Below are positions 50,488 to 59,902 of a stretch of 64,000 nt of DNA, piece by piece. Each line of letters starts with the position of its first letter. Position 1 is the stretch's first letter. Source of the DNA: Thermoanaerobaculia bacterium (lineage in GTDB: Bacteria > Acidobacteriota > Thermoanaerobaculia > Multivoradales > Multivoraceae); the NCBI GenBank assembly GCA_963664405.1, contig OY761158.1, positions 1,440,001-1,504,000 on the forward strand, given 5' to 3'. A program made the translations under genes and the position numbers. The notes beneath the pieces were generated by a model. That model did no database searches. It was given only the letters and a program-made list of their open reading frames with translations, and was not told where the DNA came from.

Positions 50488-50752
50488 CTACCCGGCCGCC
50501 GGTGACGAGGCATAGCGAGCCAGCGCTTCCTCGATCGTCGAGCGAGTCACGCCCTGATTCTCGAGCACCTCGCTCAACCAGGGTGGAAGCTCTTGTGCAG
50601 CGACCGAGATCGGGTCTGGGATCCCACTGAGGTGGGCTGCCTGTCGGGCGTAGAGACGCACGTACCCTGAGGGCCGAGGGTCGCCACTGAGCTCGTGCAT
50701 AGCGAAGGGATCCGGCGAGCTCGAACGGCCGCCAGGGTCGAAGAAGACATCG
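50488..50752 (-). pseudogene. Alpha/beta hydrolase, C-terminal part (split by IS21)
   Basis: DVFFDPGG...DPRPSGYVRLYARQA...PPWL; joins in frame to 54143-54545 when the IS and one CATCG copy are removed. Confidence 0.85.
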
Positions 50753-50761
50753 TGTTACCGG

Positions 50762-51118
50762 CTACGAGAAAGCGCACTTAGTTGGCTGCGAGTCGGTTTT
50801 TTGTCCCCGCGAGGCGTGACTCAGGGTGTGGCGCAGATAGTCGAGGTACCCCTCGGGGGGTGGCGTCGTGGGGAGTTCTCGGAGGATGGGGAGAAAGTAG
50901 GCGAGGGATCGGATGGGCTGGAGCTTTGGTAGGCGCGGATCTCGGCATGCGCGTCGGGCGGAGCCGAGGAGGAGGGCGGCCTGGAGGACGGTGAGAGGCA
51001 GGTCTTGGTCGAAGAGCTGGTCGACGATGACGCGGTCGCCGTGGTGGAAGCGGTGCGGGGTGTCGGGAAGGAGTCGATAGAGGCGGAGGAGCTGGCGCCG
51101 ATAGTGGCTTCGGGTCAT
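50762..51118 (-). CDS. IS21 passenger ORF, hypothetical
   Basis: 118-aa ORF overlapping the istB stop and ending inside the terminal repeat. Confidence 0.65.
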   Translation of the reverse strand: MTRSHYRRQLLRLYRLLPDTPHRFHHGDRVIVDQLFDQDLPLTVLQAALLLGSARRACRDPRLPKLQPIRSLAYFLPILRELPTTPPPEGYLDYLRHTLSHASRGQKTDSQPTKCAFS

Positions 51119-51909
51119 GAGCGTCGTCGTGCTGCGCTCCGCCTTTTGGCGCGGTCCTTGGCCTTTTTTTCAGCAGCCTCCTTGGCCTCCTTGCGGCGAT
51201 AGGAGTTAGCCTCGATCTTGACGATCTCGGCGTGGTGGGTGAGTCGATCGACGAGAGTGACGACGCAGGAGGCGTTGGGAAAGACCTCGGCCCATTCGGC
51301 GAAGGGCTTGTTGGTGGTGAGAAGAATGGGCTTGTTGCCGTATCTCCTGGAGACGACCTCGAAGAGGAGATCCGCGTGGCGGTGGTCGTAGGAGAGATAG
51401 CCGAGCTCATCGATTGCCAAAAGCGAGGGTCGGGTGTATTTGGAGAGCCTTCTCTGGAGCGCCGAGGGGGTTTCCTGGACGGCGAGATCGTTGAGCATGT
51501 CGGAGGCGGTGACGAAGCTGGCGGTGGCCCCTCGTTGCAGCGCCTGGTAGAGGAGGTTCTTGGCAATCATGGTCTTGCCGACACCGTTGGGTCCGAGGAG
51601 GATGACGTTGGTGATGTCGTCGAGGAATTGGAGGGTGAGCAGATCCTGGATCTGCTCGCGGTCGATGCGCTGGGGCCAGGAGAAGTCGAAGTCGGCGATG
51701 CTCTTGAAGAGCCCGACGCGGCTGGTGCGGATGCGCCGTTCGAGGCTGCGCCGTTTGCGCTCGGCCTCTTCTTTGCGCAGCAGCTGTTCGAGCCAGGGCT
51801 GTTCTCGGTAGGTGCCCCAGTCGTCGACGAGGGCGTAGAAGCCGAGGGATCGGGCGAGCTCTCGTAGTGGTTCGTCAGGGATCGTTGGACTCTTCCTGGG
51901 TCGGGCCAT
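51115..51909 (-). CDS. istB: IS21 helper ATPase IstB
   Basis: GPNGVGKT, LAIDELGY, TTNK.F.EW and VDRLTHH motifs. Confidence 0.95.
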   Translation of the reverse strand: MARPRKSPTIPDEPLRELARSLGFYALVDDWGTYREQPWLEQLLRKEEAERKRRSLERRIRTSRVGLFKSIADFDFSWPQRIDREQIQDLLTLQFLDDITNVILLGPNGVGKTMIAKNLLYQALQRGATASFVTASDMLNDLAVQETPSALQRRLSKYTRPSLLAIDELGYLSYDHRHADLLFEVVSRRYGNKPILLTTNKPFAEWAEVFPNASCVVTLVDRLTHHAEIVKIEANSYRRKEAKEAAEKKAKDRAKRRSAARRRS

Positions 51910-53383
51910 CGTCGTTGCCTCCAAGTTGGTCGTAGTCCTCGAGGTTGTGCGGTCTCACGGAGAGATCTCGCTGTTGGAGCTCCTGGCTGAGCGGCACCGG
52001 TAAAGCCGGGGGCTGACCGAGGCCGCGCTGGTGCCGTTCGAGTAGGAGCCGGACGGACTGGAATCGCGGTGCGTGGTTCAGGAGCGCTTCGCGCACGGCT
52101 TTGTCGAGTCGCTGGGGGCCGTACTGGCGCAGGAGTCGGAGCAGGCCGGCGGTCTGCGTTCCGAGGTTCTCGCCTCGCTCGGCGAGCTGCTGCATCAGCT
52201 CTTCGCATCGAGGCACAGCGGAAAACAGCCGATGGAAGCCCCGGTGTCGTCGGGCCCTGCGTTTGTGAGCGAGGAGCTCCTCGAGGTGTTGAGGATCGAG
52301 GATCTGCTCGCCCCGGGAGTACGAGCGAGGGTGCTCGGCGAGGAGCTCCTGGCCATCGAGGATCCGCACCCGATGCTCGCTGGCGAGGAGCGTGACGGTC
52401 CTCTGCACATGACTGTGCGGCACCGAGTAGTCGTTGAGGTCGAAGCGCACGATCGGCGTCTTTCTGACCTTGATCTCCAGTCGCAGGTCGGTTTCGAAGT
52501 CGTCTCCGGGAAGCTCAAGCAGTCGAGGTCGTTCCTGGGCCAGGGCGCTTTTCACGGTTCGCTGTCGGTCCTGCGGCCAGGGTCTGCGCTGCGACCTCTG
52601 GCACCATTCCAGGACCTGCCGATTCAGACGATCCAAATCGCTCACCGTTCGGGCGCCGAAGAACGAGCTTCGCAGGAAGCGGATTGCGCGCTCGACGCGG
52701 CCTTTCTCATTTCCCCGAGCCACCGCGGCGACGGTGGGAAGGAAGCCGTAGTGGCTGGCGAAATCGAGCAGCACGGGATGGAAGCGCACCGCGGTTCCCT
52801 GCCGCTCGATCACCGCGGTTCGCAGGTTGTCGTACAGAACGGTCCTGACGACGCCGTCGACGTAGTGGAAGGCCAGCTGGTGAGCGTGCAAGAAGGTTTC
52901 GAGACGAGTGTCGAGGGTGAAGTGCACGAAGACCGTGCGCGAGAACGACAGCACGAAGACGAAGGCATAGAGCCGACGATGTGCCCGGCCGACGCGGAGC
53001 CGACCGAAGTGGCCCCAGTCGACCTGCGCCTGCTCTCCTGGCAGCATGCGCAGCGAGAGAAACGCCTCGCGCTGGGGCTTCGGTCGCATCGAGGCCACCA
53101 GGTGGCGAAACTGATCCGGGCCTCCTGGATAGCCGCGCTCCACCACCATGGTGTAGAGACGGCTCGCCGGCAGTCGTGGGTAGGTCCCGAGCACCTGCTC
53201 GATGAACGGCAGGTAAGGATCGATCATCCTCCCTCGTCGCTGCTGGGGTAGCACGCCGGACTTCTCCAGCGCCCGGCGCACGGTTGAGGGGTGCAGCTGT
53301 AGCTGTCGAGCGATCGTGCCGACTTTCCACTTCTCGACCAGGAACAGACGACGGATCTCCCCGCGCAGCTGTGCGTCGATCAC
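51875..53383 (-). CDS. istA: IS21 transposase IstA
   Basis: HTH, PGEQAQVDWG, LYDN and EKGRVER motifs. Confidence 0.95.
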   Translation of the reverse strand: MIDAQLRGEIRRLFLVEKWKVGTIARQLQLHPSTVRRALEKSGVLPQQRRGRMIDPYLPFIEQVLGTYPRLPASRLYTMVVERGYPGGPDQFRHLVASMRPKPQREAFLSLRMLPGEQAQVDWGHFGRLRVGRAHRRLYAFVFVLSFSRTVFVHFTLDTRLETFLHAHQLAFHYVDGVVRTVLYDNLRTAVIERQGTAVRFHPVLLDFASHYGFLPTVAAVARGNEKGRVERAIRFLRSSFFGARTVSDLDRLNRQVLEWCQRSQRRPWPQDRQRTVKSALAQERPRLLELPGDDFETDLRLEIKVRKTPIVRFDLNDYSVPHSHVQRTVTLLASEHRVRILDGQELLAEHPRSYSRGEQILDPQHLEELLAHKRRARRHRGFHRLFSAVPRCEELMQQLAERGENLGTQTAGLLRLLRQYGPQRLDKAVREALLNHAPRFQSVRLLLERHQRGLGQPPALPVPLSQELQQRDLSVRPHNLEDYDQLGGNDDGPTQEESNDP

Positions 53384-53387
53384 GCCC

Positions 53388-53783
53388 CTATCTCCGTCGG
53401 CAACGACGAAAGCTCGTTCGCACAAACTCTCGGCAGGCCTCTCCACACTGCATGCATCGCGGATTCCTCGGGTCGTAGCGCACTTCGCGCCTCGGAGTCT
53501 CGATCCGACACAGTGTCCTCCCCGAAGTACCGCCTGGGGTACCCTGATGCGTCACTTTCTCTGCCCGCTCGCGCTGGCGCCGACGGTAGCGGGCCTGACG
53601 GGCGGCATGACAATGCCGACCTCGGAGGCTTCGCTGGTACCGATGGCCGGCCGCCCGAGTCGATTCCCGACGAGCCACCAGAGCACAAGCCCGGCAGTAA
53701 CGCTGGCCACGGTCACAGTGCGAGCACAGCGAGATACGCCGACGGCATCGAGCACAGTCGAAGAGTCGGTAGTCCGGTCGCAT
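53388..53783 (-). CDS. IS21 passenger ORF, Cys-rich and Arg-rich
   Basis: CARC..CSHCDRGQRYCRAC, Arg-rich helix, C-terminal CMQC; lies inside the IS upstream of istA. Confidence 0.7.
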   Translation of the reverse strand: MRPDYRLFDCARCRRRISLCSHCDRGQRYCRACALVARRESTRAAGHRYQRSLRGRHCHAARQARYRRRQRERAEKVTHQGTPGGTSGRTLCRIETPRREVRYDPRNPRCMQCGEACREFVRTSFRRCRRR

Positions 53784-54142
53784 CGTCGCCTCCCATTCGA
53801 CGACGACCCCGACTCTCTGCCATACTGCAAGCGCAGCTAATGCTGCGGTTTGGGGCAGAGCCCGGGGCGTTTTCTACTTCGCTTTCCCGGGCTCTCGCCG
53901 TCTCTGGTCGGCCTGCTCTATCAGAGCAGAGCCCGCACTGCAAAGCCCTACACCGACTCACGCATCTCTTCCGACCGCAAACACGCCGCCGGGACCACGC
54001 ACCCGGACCGCCGTTCCGGCGGGATGATGCCGCCCTTCCTGAAGAAGGCCTAGCTTTCCCGCGGTCGCGAAGCCCTCAGCTCACTCCATCCCGGAAACTG
54101 CGCTCGCAGCCAACGGGATGCGCTTTCTCGCAGCCATCAACA

Positions 54143-54545
54143 CATCGGCAGGAACACCTCGCTCGCCACCGCCCGCGAGTCCCATTCCGTCGCACAGCAC
54201 GGCACCCAGGACCGCCATCGGGCGGCTTCCCGCGAGAAGGAGCGCAACGTAAGCGCCGATGCCGTAGCCAACGACGGTCGCACTACCGAGCTCGGCGACC
54301 GCTATATCGGCATCCGCCATCAGAATCTCAGCCGTATAGCCGCCGCCCCGGGGCACAGTTGATTGACCGTGTCCAGTGAAGTCAAGAGCACTTACGCTCC
54401 CCGGCCACTCAGCGAGCTCGCCAGGTACTGCCTCTGGAGAGGCTCCACCAAGCTCGTGAAGTACGAGCAGGCACGGCCCGTCGGCGTCACGCAGGGTGTG
54501 CAATGCCAGCTCGACCTGGCCATGCCGAAGCCGGCGGGTCCTCAT
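54143..54545 (-). pseudogene. Alpha/beta hydrolase, N-terminal part (split by IS21)
   Basis: LVLHELG, LDFTGHGQS and GYGIGAY motifs; truncated at GVPAD. Confidence 0.85.
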
Positions 54546-55474
54546 GAAAGATGGTCAAGCACGAGATCGGTGATGGCTCGAGGCTCCTCGATATGGAGAA
54601 AGTGACCGAGCTCCAGCTCCTCCACCTTCGACGAGCCGGAGAGGTAGGTGCGCAGCTCCTCGGCACTGGCCCCCCACCCCATCGGCTCTTCGATCGTGCT
54701 CACCAGTGCCAACATCGGCACGCGAACTTCGTTGAGCCGATCGAGTGTCCAGTCGGGGCGGAACGGCCCCACTCCCCACCGCATCCCGGGATCCAGCTTC
54801 CATCTCCAACCATCGGGGTCGCGCCTGGCGCCCGCGGTGACCAGATAGCGAAGCCAGTCCGGGGGGAGACGAGGGTTCATCTTGCCGCGACGAGCGGCCA
54901 GCTCCTCGAGCGTCCCAGGACGGCGCACCCCCGTCGCGGCTTGGCGTCGGTGATCGAGCCACTTCACCAAGATCGCCGAGCGCCCCTGCACTCGATCGTC
55001 TTGAGTCAGATCGGGTCGACGCCTACGAGTGCGGGCCGAGCCCAGGCCGTCCATGTTGACGAAGTGGCTGAAGCGCTCCGGCAGCAGCAGGCAGAGATCG
55101 AGTAGAAGCCCCGCACCCTTGGAGTGACCCACCAGGGCGACAGCTTCGTCAGTGGTCGAGTTGAGAACGGCAAGAGCATCTCTAAGATCGGCCGGCCAGT
55201 TGTAGAGCGCAGCATGCTCCGAGTCTCCGTGACCGCGGTGGTCCCAAGAAACAACTCTCCAGCCTCCCGCCGCGAGTAGGGGCGCGAAGCCGTCGAAGGT
55301 GCGCGCGAAGTCGCTGCCGCCATGGGCAAGCAGCAACACCGGAGCAGTCTCACTCCCCCACTCTGCGACCGAGATGCTCAGGCCGAAGGAATCAACCAAG
55401 CGCCGCCGCTCCGGCGGCACCGCGCCGGGGTAGGCGCCATGCGCGAGAGCCTCCGCTGCAGCGATTGCTTTCAT
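54542..55474 (-). CDS. Alpha/beta hydrolase
   Basis: LAHGG, WDHRGHGDS, GHSKG nucleophile motif and GHFLHIE. Confidence 0.9.
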   Translation of the reverse strand: MKAIAAAEALAHGAYPGAVPPERRRLVDSFGLSISVAEWGSETAPVLLLAHGGSDFARTFDGFAPLLAAGGWRVVSWDHRGHGDSEHAALYNWPADLRDALAVLNSTTDEAVALVGHSKGAGLLLDLCLLLPERFSHFVNMDGLGSARTRRRRPDLTQDDRVQGRSAILVKWLDHRRQAATGVRRPGTLEELAARRGKMNPRLPPDWLRYLVTAGARRDPDGWRWKLDPGMRWGVGPFRPDWTLDRLNEVRVPMLALVSTIEEPMGWGASAEELRTYLSGSSKVEELELGHFLHIEEPRAITDLVLDHLS

Positions 55475-55544
55475 GAGAGCGCGCCATTGTACTCGCTCAG
55501 CCCCTGCGCCGGGGCGAGCGGCAGTCCGCGCTTGATCTGGGGCT

Positions 55545-55711
55545 AAAGACCAGCGTTTCCAAAGTTCGTGCACATAGCTCGAGGTCATTCTGTTCGCTGG
55601 CCAGGCGCGGCGACGCAGGCATATTGTGGCCAATATGTCGAGGAGGCGAAACGCCGCCAGCGGGCAGAAGGGGCCGAGATGTGTACGCGAACTTTGGAAA
55701 CGCTGGTCTAG
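55545..55711. repeat. Palindromic element, subfamily A
   Basis: AGACCAGCGTTTCCAAAGTTCG...CGAACTTTGGAAACGCTGGTCTAG; left CTAG is degenerate. Confidence 0.93.
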
Positions 55712-56418
55712 GGACAGGTCGCGAAAGCCGAAGTGTCGGTGACGGCCGCGGAGGCAGTACCGAGGGGGTTCGTATAGGTTCGGCTCTCCCCGGCGAGTAG
55801 ATCACTGACCGTCAGACTCCACTCGACCGTCGTCGAGCCCGAGGCAAAGACCCAGTAGCGATCGTTCAAAGTGCAGCCATTGATGACCTTGAGCGTCATC
55901 TCCCAGTTTCTAGCCTGGAAGAACCACAGGATGCCCGACTCGGACGTCCGCGTGTCCGCCGATACTCGAGCCGGACCGGTGTTGTCCTTGAAGTCACGCC
56001 ACGTGGCCTCGACAGCAAAGCGCCCGTCACGGAGGCAGAGTCGAGTCTCGGAGGGCACGCAGCCGCCCGGCGTCGTATAGCGCTTCGAAAGCAGGAACTC
56101 GAAGCCGCCGATAAAACTGGAGTCCGGCCACTCGGAGTGCCCGAAACCAGACTGGATATCGGCCTCGAATTCAACTCCGAGGCGGTCGAGCTGGTCGACA
56201 ATCGCTGCATACGACGCGCCGAAAAAGTTCGGATCTTCGGTTCCGTAGTAGAGGTGGATCGGCGCCGCATAGTCGAGATCGGCAACATCGATAACCGGGC
56301 GGAAAGGGGCCGAGAGCGAGAAGACTCCGGCGAAGCGAGAGACTGTTCCGTAGGCGAGAACATAGGCAAAAGAGCCGCCCGACGAATGCCCGCCGATCGA
56401 GATGCGCTGTGGATCCAC
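55708..56418 (-). pseudogene. Esterase/phospholipase (GxSxG), apparently lacking its N-terminus, with a Cys-containing C-terminal extracellular domain
   Basis: GHSSGG, YGTED and GH motifs; then C..SETRLCLRDGRF.VEATW...WFF...NWE..LKV.NGC..N..YWVF..CP. The TAG stop is inside the repeat's CTAG. Confidence 0.65.
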
Positions 56419-56615
56419 CGGCAGATCCGCACCCCCCTTTGCCTCACTAAGGATCCCTGCTGGGGAGGGACCGAAGAGGTTGGGCGCGGACCGCCGCCAC
56501 GGACGATGTTCGCGTAAAGCTTCCGTATCGTCAAGCCGCCGGCCCAGGGAATGATCGTTATCTATGCATCAATCGCTATATTCATGTTAAAGTTTGCAGC
56601 TTCTCTCGAGACATC

Positions 56616-59051
56616 GTGAACAAGAAGCCAGACACAACCCGGATCGAGGAACCCTTCCTGCCCGGGAAGAACCCCTTCTCAGATGAGCGCATCGGCATCG
56701 CACTGGTCGAGCCACCGACCACGGAGGCAGGCGGCCAAAAACATGGCCCGGACGCCGTTCCCGGGCTCGACCCGGTCACTATCGGCCCCTATCGCATTGT
56801 CGGCCTCCTCGGCGAGGGCGGAATGGGGACCGTCTACGAGGCAGAGCAGAGCGAGCCTCTGGAGCGAACCGTCGCCCTCAAGGTGATCAGGAGGGACAAG
56901 GACAGCCGTGAGGTGTGGAGCCGCTTCGACACCGAGCGCCAGGCGTTGGCGATGATGGAGCACCCGTCGATCGCCAAAGTCTTCGATGCCGGCACCACCC
57001 CCGCCGGACAGCCGTACTTCGCCATGGAATTGGTACATGGTCCGCCCCTCGGCGAGTACTGCGATCGGGAATGGCTGTCGCTACGCGAGCGCCTCGAGCT
57101 CTTCCGACATCTCTGCTCCGCCGTCGAGCACGCTCATCAGAAGGGAGTCATTCACCGCGATCTCAAGCCTTCGAACGTTCTGGTCGAAACCACTGCCGGT
57201 TCGCCCCGACCGAAGGTGATCGACTTCGGTATCGCCCGGGCGCTGGAGAGTGGGCCTGACACTAAAGCGGTGACTCAGCTGGGCAGGATCCTCGGGACTC
57301 CCCGCTACATGAGTCCCGAGCAGCGCGAGACGTCGAGCCGAGGCCTCGATACCCGAACCGACATCTACTCCCTTGGCGTCATGCTCTACGAGCTCCTGGC
57401 GGGTACGCCCCCGCACGACGACGAGAGCCCTCCGCCAGAGCCCATTCCACCGAGCCGCCGCTTCTCGCAGCTCGGGGATGAACAAACGGAGATCGCTCAG
57501 AGAAGGAGGACCCGACCGGCGGCTCTGAAGCGAATGCTCAAGGGCGATCTCGACCGCCTCGCGACCAAGGCGATCGCCCCAGAGCGTGAGGAGCGCTACG
57601 CGACGGCCAACGCCCTGGCTCTGGACATCGAACGTTATCTGAATTCCGAGCCGATCCTCGCCCGGGGACCGAGCGCCACTTATCGGGTCACGAAGTTTGT
57701 TCGCCGCCACTGGGTCGGCGCTCTGTCGGCGGCGACCGTGCTCATCGCCCTCCTCGTCGGGCTCGGCGTCGCCACCCACGAGCGTCAGCAGGCCATCCGT
57801 GCCGAACGTGTCGCCACCGCCGAGTCCCGGGCCTCACAGCAGGTCGCTGACTTCATGATTGGCCTCTTCGACGTCGCGGACCCCTGGATTTACCAGCCCG
57901 ACGAGCTCAGCGCCCGGGATCTTCTCGATCAAGGAGCCGAAGAGATCGAGACCGCACTCGAGGACCCGCCCCTGATCCGAGCTCGACTCCTCTACACAAT
58001 GGGGGCGGCCTACTCGAGCCTAGGCTCCTACGATCGAGCCTTGGCGATGCTCGAAGAGGCCCGCGAGATCCAGAGCCGGGAAGGTGGAAGGGATAGCCTT
58101 CCCCTGGCAGCGACCCTGAATCAGCTGGGAACCGTATATCAGGAGCTTGGTCGTTTTCGCGAGGCCGAGCTCGTTCATCTGCGCTCGCTCACCATCCACG
58201 AGGACCGACTCGGCCCAGAGCATCCGGCAGTGGTCGGGATCCTTGGCAGCCTGGGCACGAGCTACGGAATCCAGGAGAAGTTCGACGAATCCCAGGCGGT
58301 GAAGGAGCGGGCTCTGGCGCTGGCGGAAAAGCTCGAGGGCCCAAATCACCCCAGTGTTGCGATGGCGCTCCACAACCTCGCCATCAACCACGCCGAGCAG
58401 GGCAAGCTGGAGCTCGCCGTGCTTCCCCTGCGCAGAGCGGTCGCCATTCTCGAGGCGGCGGGCGAAGAGGAGCAGCTCGCGTTGGCTCAGGCGTTAGGGA
58501 CGATGGGCCTCCTGCAGATGGAAATGGGACGCCTCGAGGAGGCCGAGGCCGCCGTGCGCAGGTCTCTCCAGACCCTCGAGAGCGCCTTCGGGCTCGAGCA
58601 CCCGATGGTCGCGAAAGACGCGAGGACGCTCGGTTTCGTCGTCATGGGGCTCGGCCGACTCGACGAAGCCCGCGATCACTTTCAGAGGGCCCTGAGCATC
58701 GAGGAGGGAATCTTCGACCCCGACAGTTACCAGGTGGCCTACACTCGACATGGTCTCGCCATGCTCGATCTGGCGGCCGGTCGCCCTCTCGACGCCGAGC
58801 GCAGCTGGCGCGAGATCCTCCCTATCGTGGAAGAGAGGGTCGGCATCCTGGTGGCGGCAGAGGCGCACCACGGTCTCGCCTCGATCCTCCACGCCCGCGG
58901 CGAGCTCGAGGAAGCTGAGAGGCTCTACCTGCTCGCCCTCGGAGCACGGAGGGAGATCTTCGGAGAGACGGGAGAGCCGACTCAGGAGACTGCCGAGGCC
59001 TATGCGGCTCTTCGCCGCAACGTCATTCGCCGCCCTGACGCGTCTCAGTGA
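56616..59051 (+). CDS. Ser/Thr protein kinase with TM helix and TPR repeats
   Basis: GEGGMGTVY, HRDLKPSN, DFGIA and YMSPE motifs; multiple GPEHP-type TPRs. Confidence 0.94.
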   Translation: MNKKPDTTRIEEPFLPGKNPFSDERIGIALVEPPTTEAGGQKHGPDAVPGLDPVTIGPYRIVGLLGEGGMGTVYEAEQSEPLERTVALKVIRRDKDSREVWSRFDTERQALAMMEHPSIAKVFDAGTTPAGQPYFAMELVHGPPLGEYCDREWLSLRERLELFRHLCSAVEHAHQKGVIHRDLKPSNVLVETTAGSPRPKVIDFGIARALESGPDTKAVTQLGRILGTPRYMSPEQRETSSRGLDTRTDIYSLGVMLYELLAGTPPHDDESPPPEPIPPSRRFSQLGDEQTEIAQRRRTRPAALKRMLKGDLDRLATKAIAPEREERYATANALALDIERYLNSEPILARGPSATYRVTKFVRRHWVGALSAATVLIALLVGLGVATHERQQAIRAERVATAESRASQQVADFMIGLFDVADPWIYQPDELSARDLLDQGAEEIETALEDPPLIRARLLYTMGAAYSSLGSYDRALAMLEEAREIQSREGGRDSLPLAATLNQLGTVYQELGRFREAELVHLRSLTIHEDRLGPEHPAVVGILGSLGTSYGIQEKFDESQAVKERALALAEKLEGPNHPSVAMALHNLAINHAEQGKLELAVLPLRRAVAILEAAGEEEQLALAQALGTMGLLQMEMGRLEEAEAAVRRSLQTLESAFGLEHPMVAKDARTLGFVVMGLGRLDEARDHFQRALSIEEGIFDPDSYQVAYTRHGLAMLDLAAGRPLDAERSWREILPIVEERVGILVAAEAHHGLASILHARGELEEAERLYLLALGARREIFGETGEPTQETAEAYAALRRNVIRRPDASQ

Positions 59052-59184
59052 GTTCTAGACACTCGCCTTTGGCGCGTGATCTAGCGAGCGGGTGGCACCT
59101 TTTCGCCGCGAGATAAGTCCGCATAGACAAATGCCTATTCTAGTGGCCGGTCCACAGCGCAGAGCCGCCCACGGCACCCGTCTC

Positions 59185-59230
59185 CTAGGGCCGGCCGTCC
59201 AGGGCACCCCACCTCACCGCGTGCTCGTCG
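59185..59230. repeat. Half copy of subfamily C element, starting at CTAG
   Basis: GGCCGGCCGTCCAGGGCACCCCACCTCACCGCGTGCTCGTCG matches the reverse complement of 62136-62177 with one mismatch. Confidence 0.8.
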
Positions 59231-59263
59231 CGAATGTGAGATATTGGAGATATCTAGACCTCT

Positions 59264-59893
59264 CTAGAGGCCGCCCAGGGCGGCGGCCAATGGCACGTCC
59301 CCTTCGAGCAGGCTGAAGGACTTGCCTATGGTGTTGTCCAGGTCCAGGCACATCAGGAGGGCCGCAGCGAGGTTCTCGCGAGAGGTCAATCCCTTTCCAA
59401 ACAGTTCCGTGCCGACCGAAACAAGCCCCGAGCCCGGCTCATCGGTCAAGCCGCCGGGGCAGACGATCGTGTAATCGAGATCGGTCTCGCGCAAATGGTT
59501 GTCGGCGTGGGCCTTAGCCCTGTGGTAGTGCGCGATCCGGGACTGACTGTTCACATCGTTGTTGATCGAGCTGAGCATGATGAATCGCCGAGCACCATTC
59601 ACCTGCGCTGCAACCATCGACCGAATCGCACCGATGTGATCGATCAGCACGGTCTTGTCTTTCCCCGTCTTGCCTCCCGAGCCCGCCGCGAAGATGACCG
59701 CGTCACAGCCTTGCACGGCATGATCGATCGGATACTCGAGATCTGCCAGAACTGTCGGCACACCAAGCTCATCGAACTTGACCCGCTGTTGTGGGCTTCT
59801 GATCATGGCGAGGGGCTCGTGCTGACTGTCAGCGAATCGCCGAACCAGGCGCTTCCCAGTGTTGCCGTTGGCTCCGATGACAAGAACTTTCAT
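59264..59893 (-). CDS. NAD(P)H-binding SDR family oxidoreductase
   Basis: VLVIGANGNTG, FAAGSG and YHRAK motifs. Confidence 0.92.
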   Translation of the reverse strand: MKVLVIGANGNTGKRLVRRFADSQHEPLAMIRSPQQRVKFDELGVPTVLADLEYPIDHAVQGCDAVIFAAGSGGKTGKDKTVLIDHIGAIRSMVAAQVNGARRFIMLSSINNDVNSQSRIAHYHRAKAHADNHLRETDLDYTIVCPGGLTDEPGSGLVSVGTELFGKGLTSRENLAAALLMCLDLDNTIGKSFSLLEGDVPLAAALGGL

Positions 59894-59902
59894 ATGGACT
59901 CC

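Larger units (their letters stand above)
50753..54142 (-). mobile_element. IS21-family element with two passenger ORFs
   Basis: IRs TGTTACCGGCTACGAGAAAGCGCA / TGCGCTTTCTCGCAGCCATCAACA with iterated GGCTRCGAG sub-repeats; 5-bp target duplication CATCG (50748-52, 54143-47); istA and istB. Confidence 0.95.

Noticed and set aside
55475-55633. N-terminal extension of the alpha/beta hydrolase into the A element
   Set aside because: An ATG at 55474 gives a complete hydrolase; the extension is only an open frame through the repeat.
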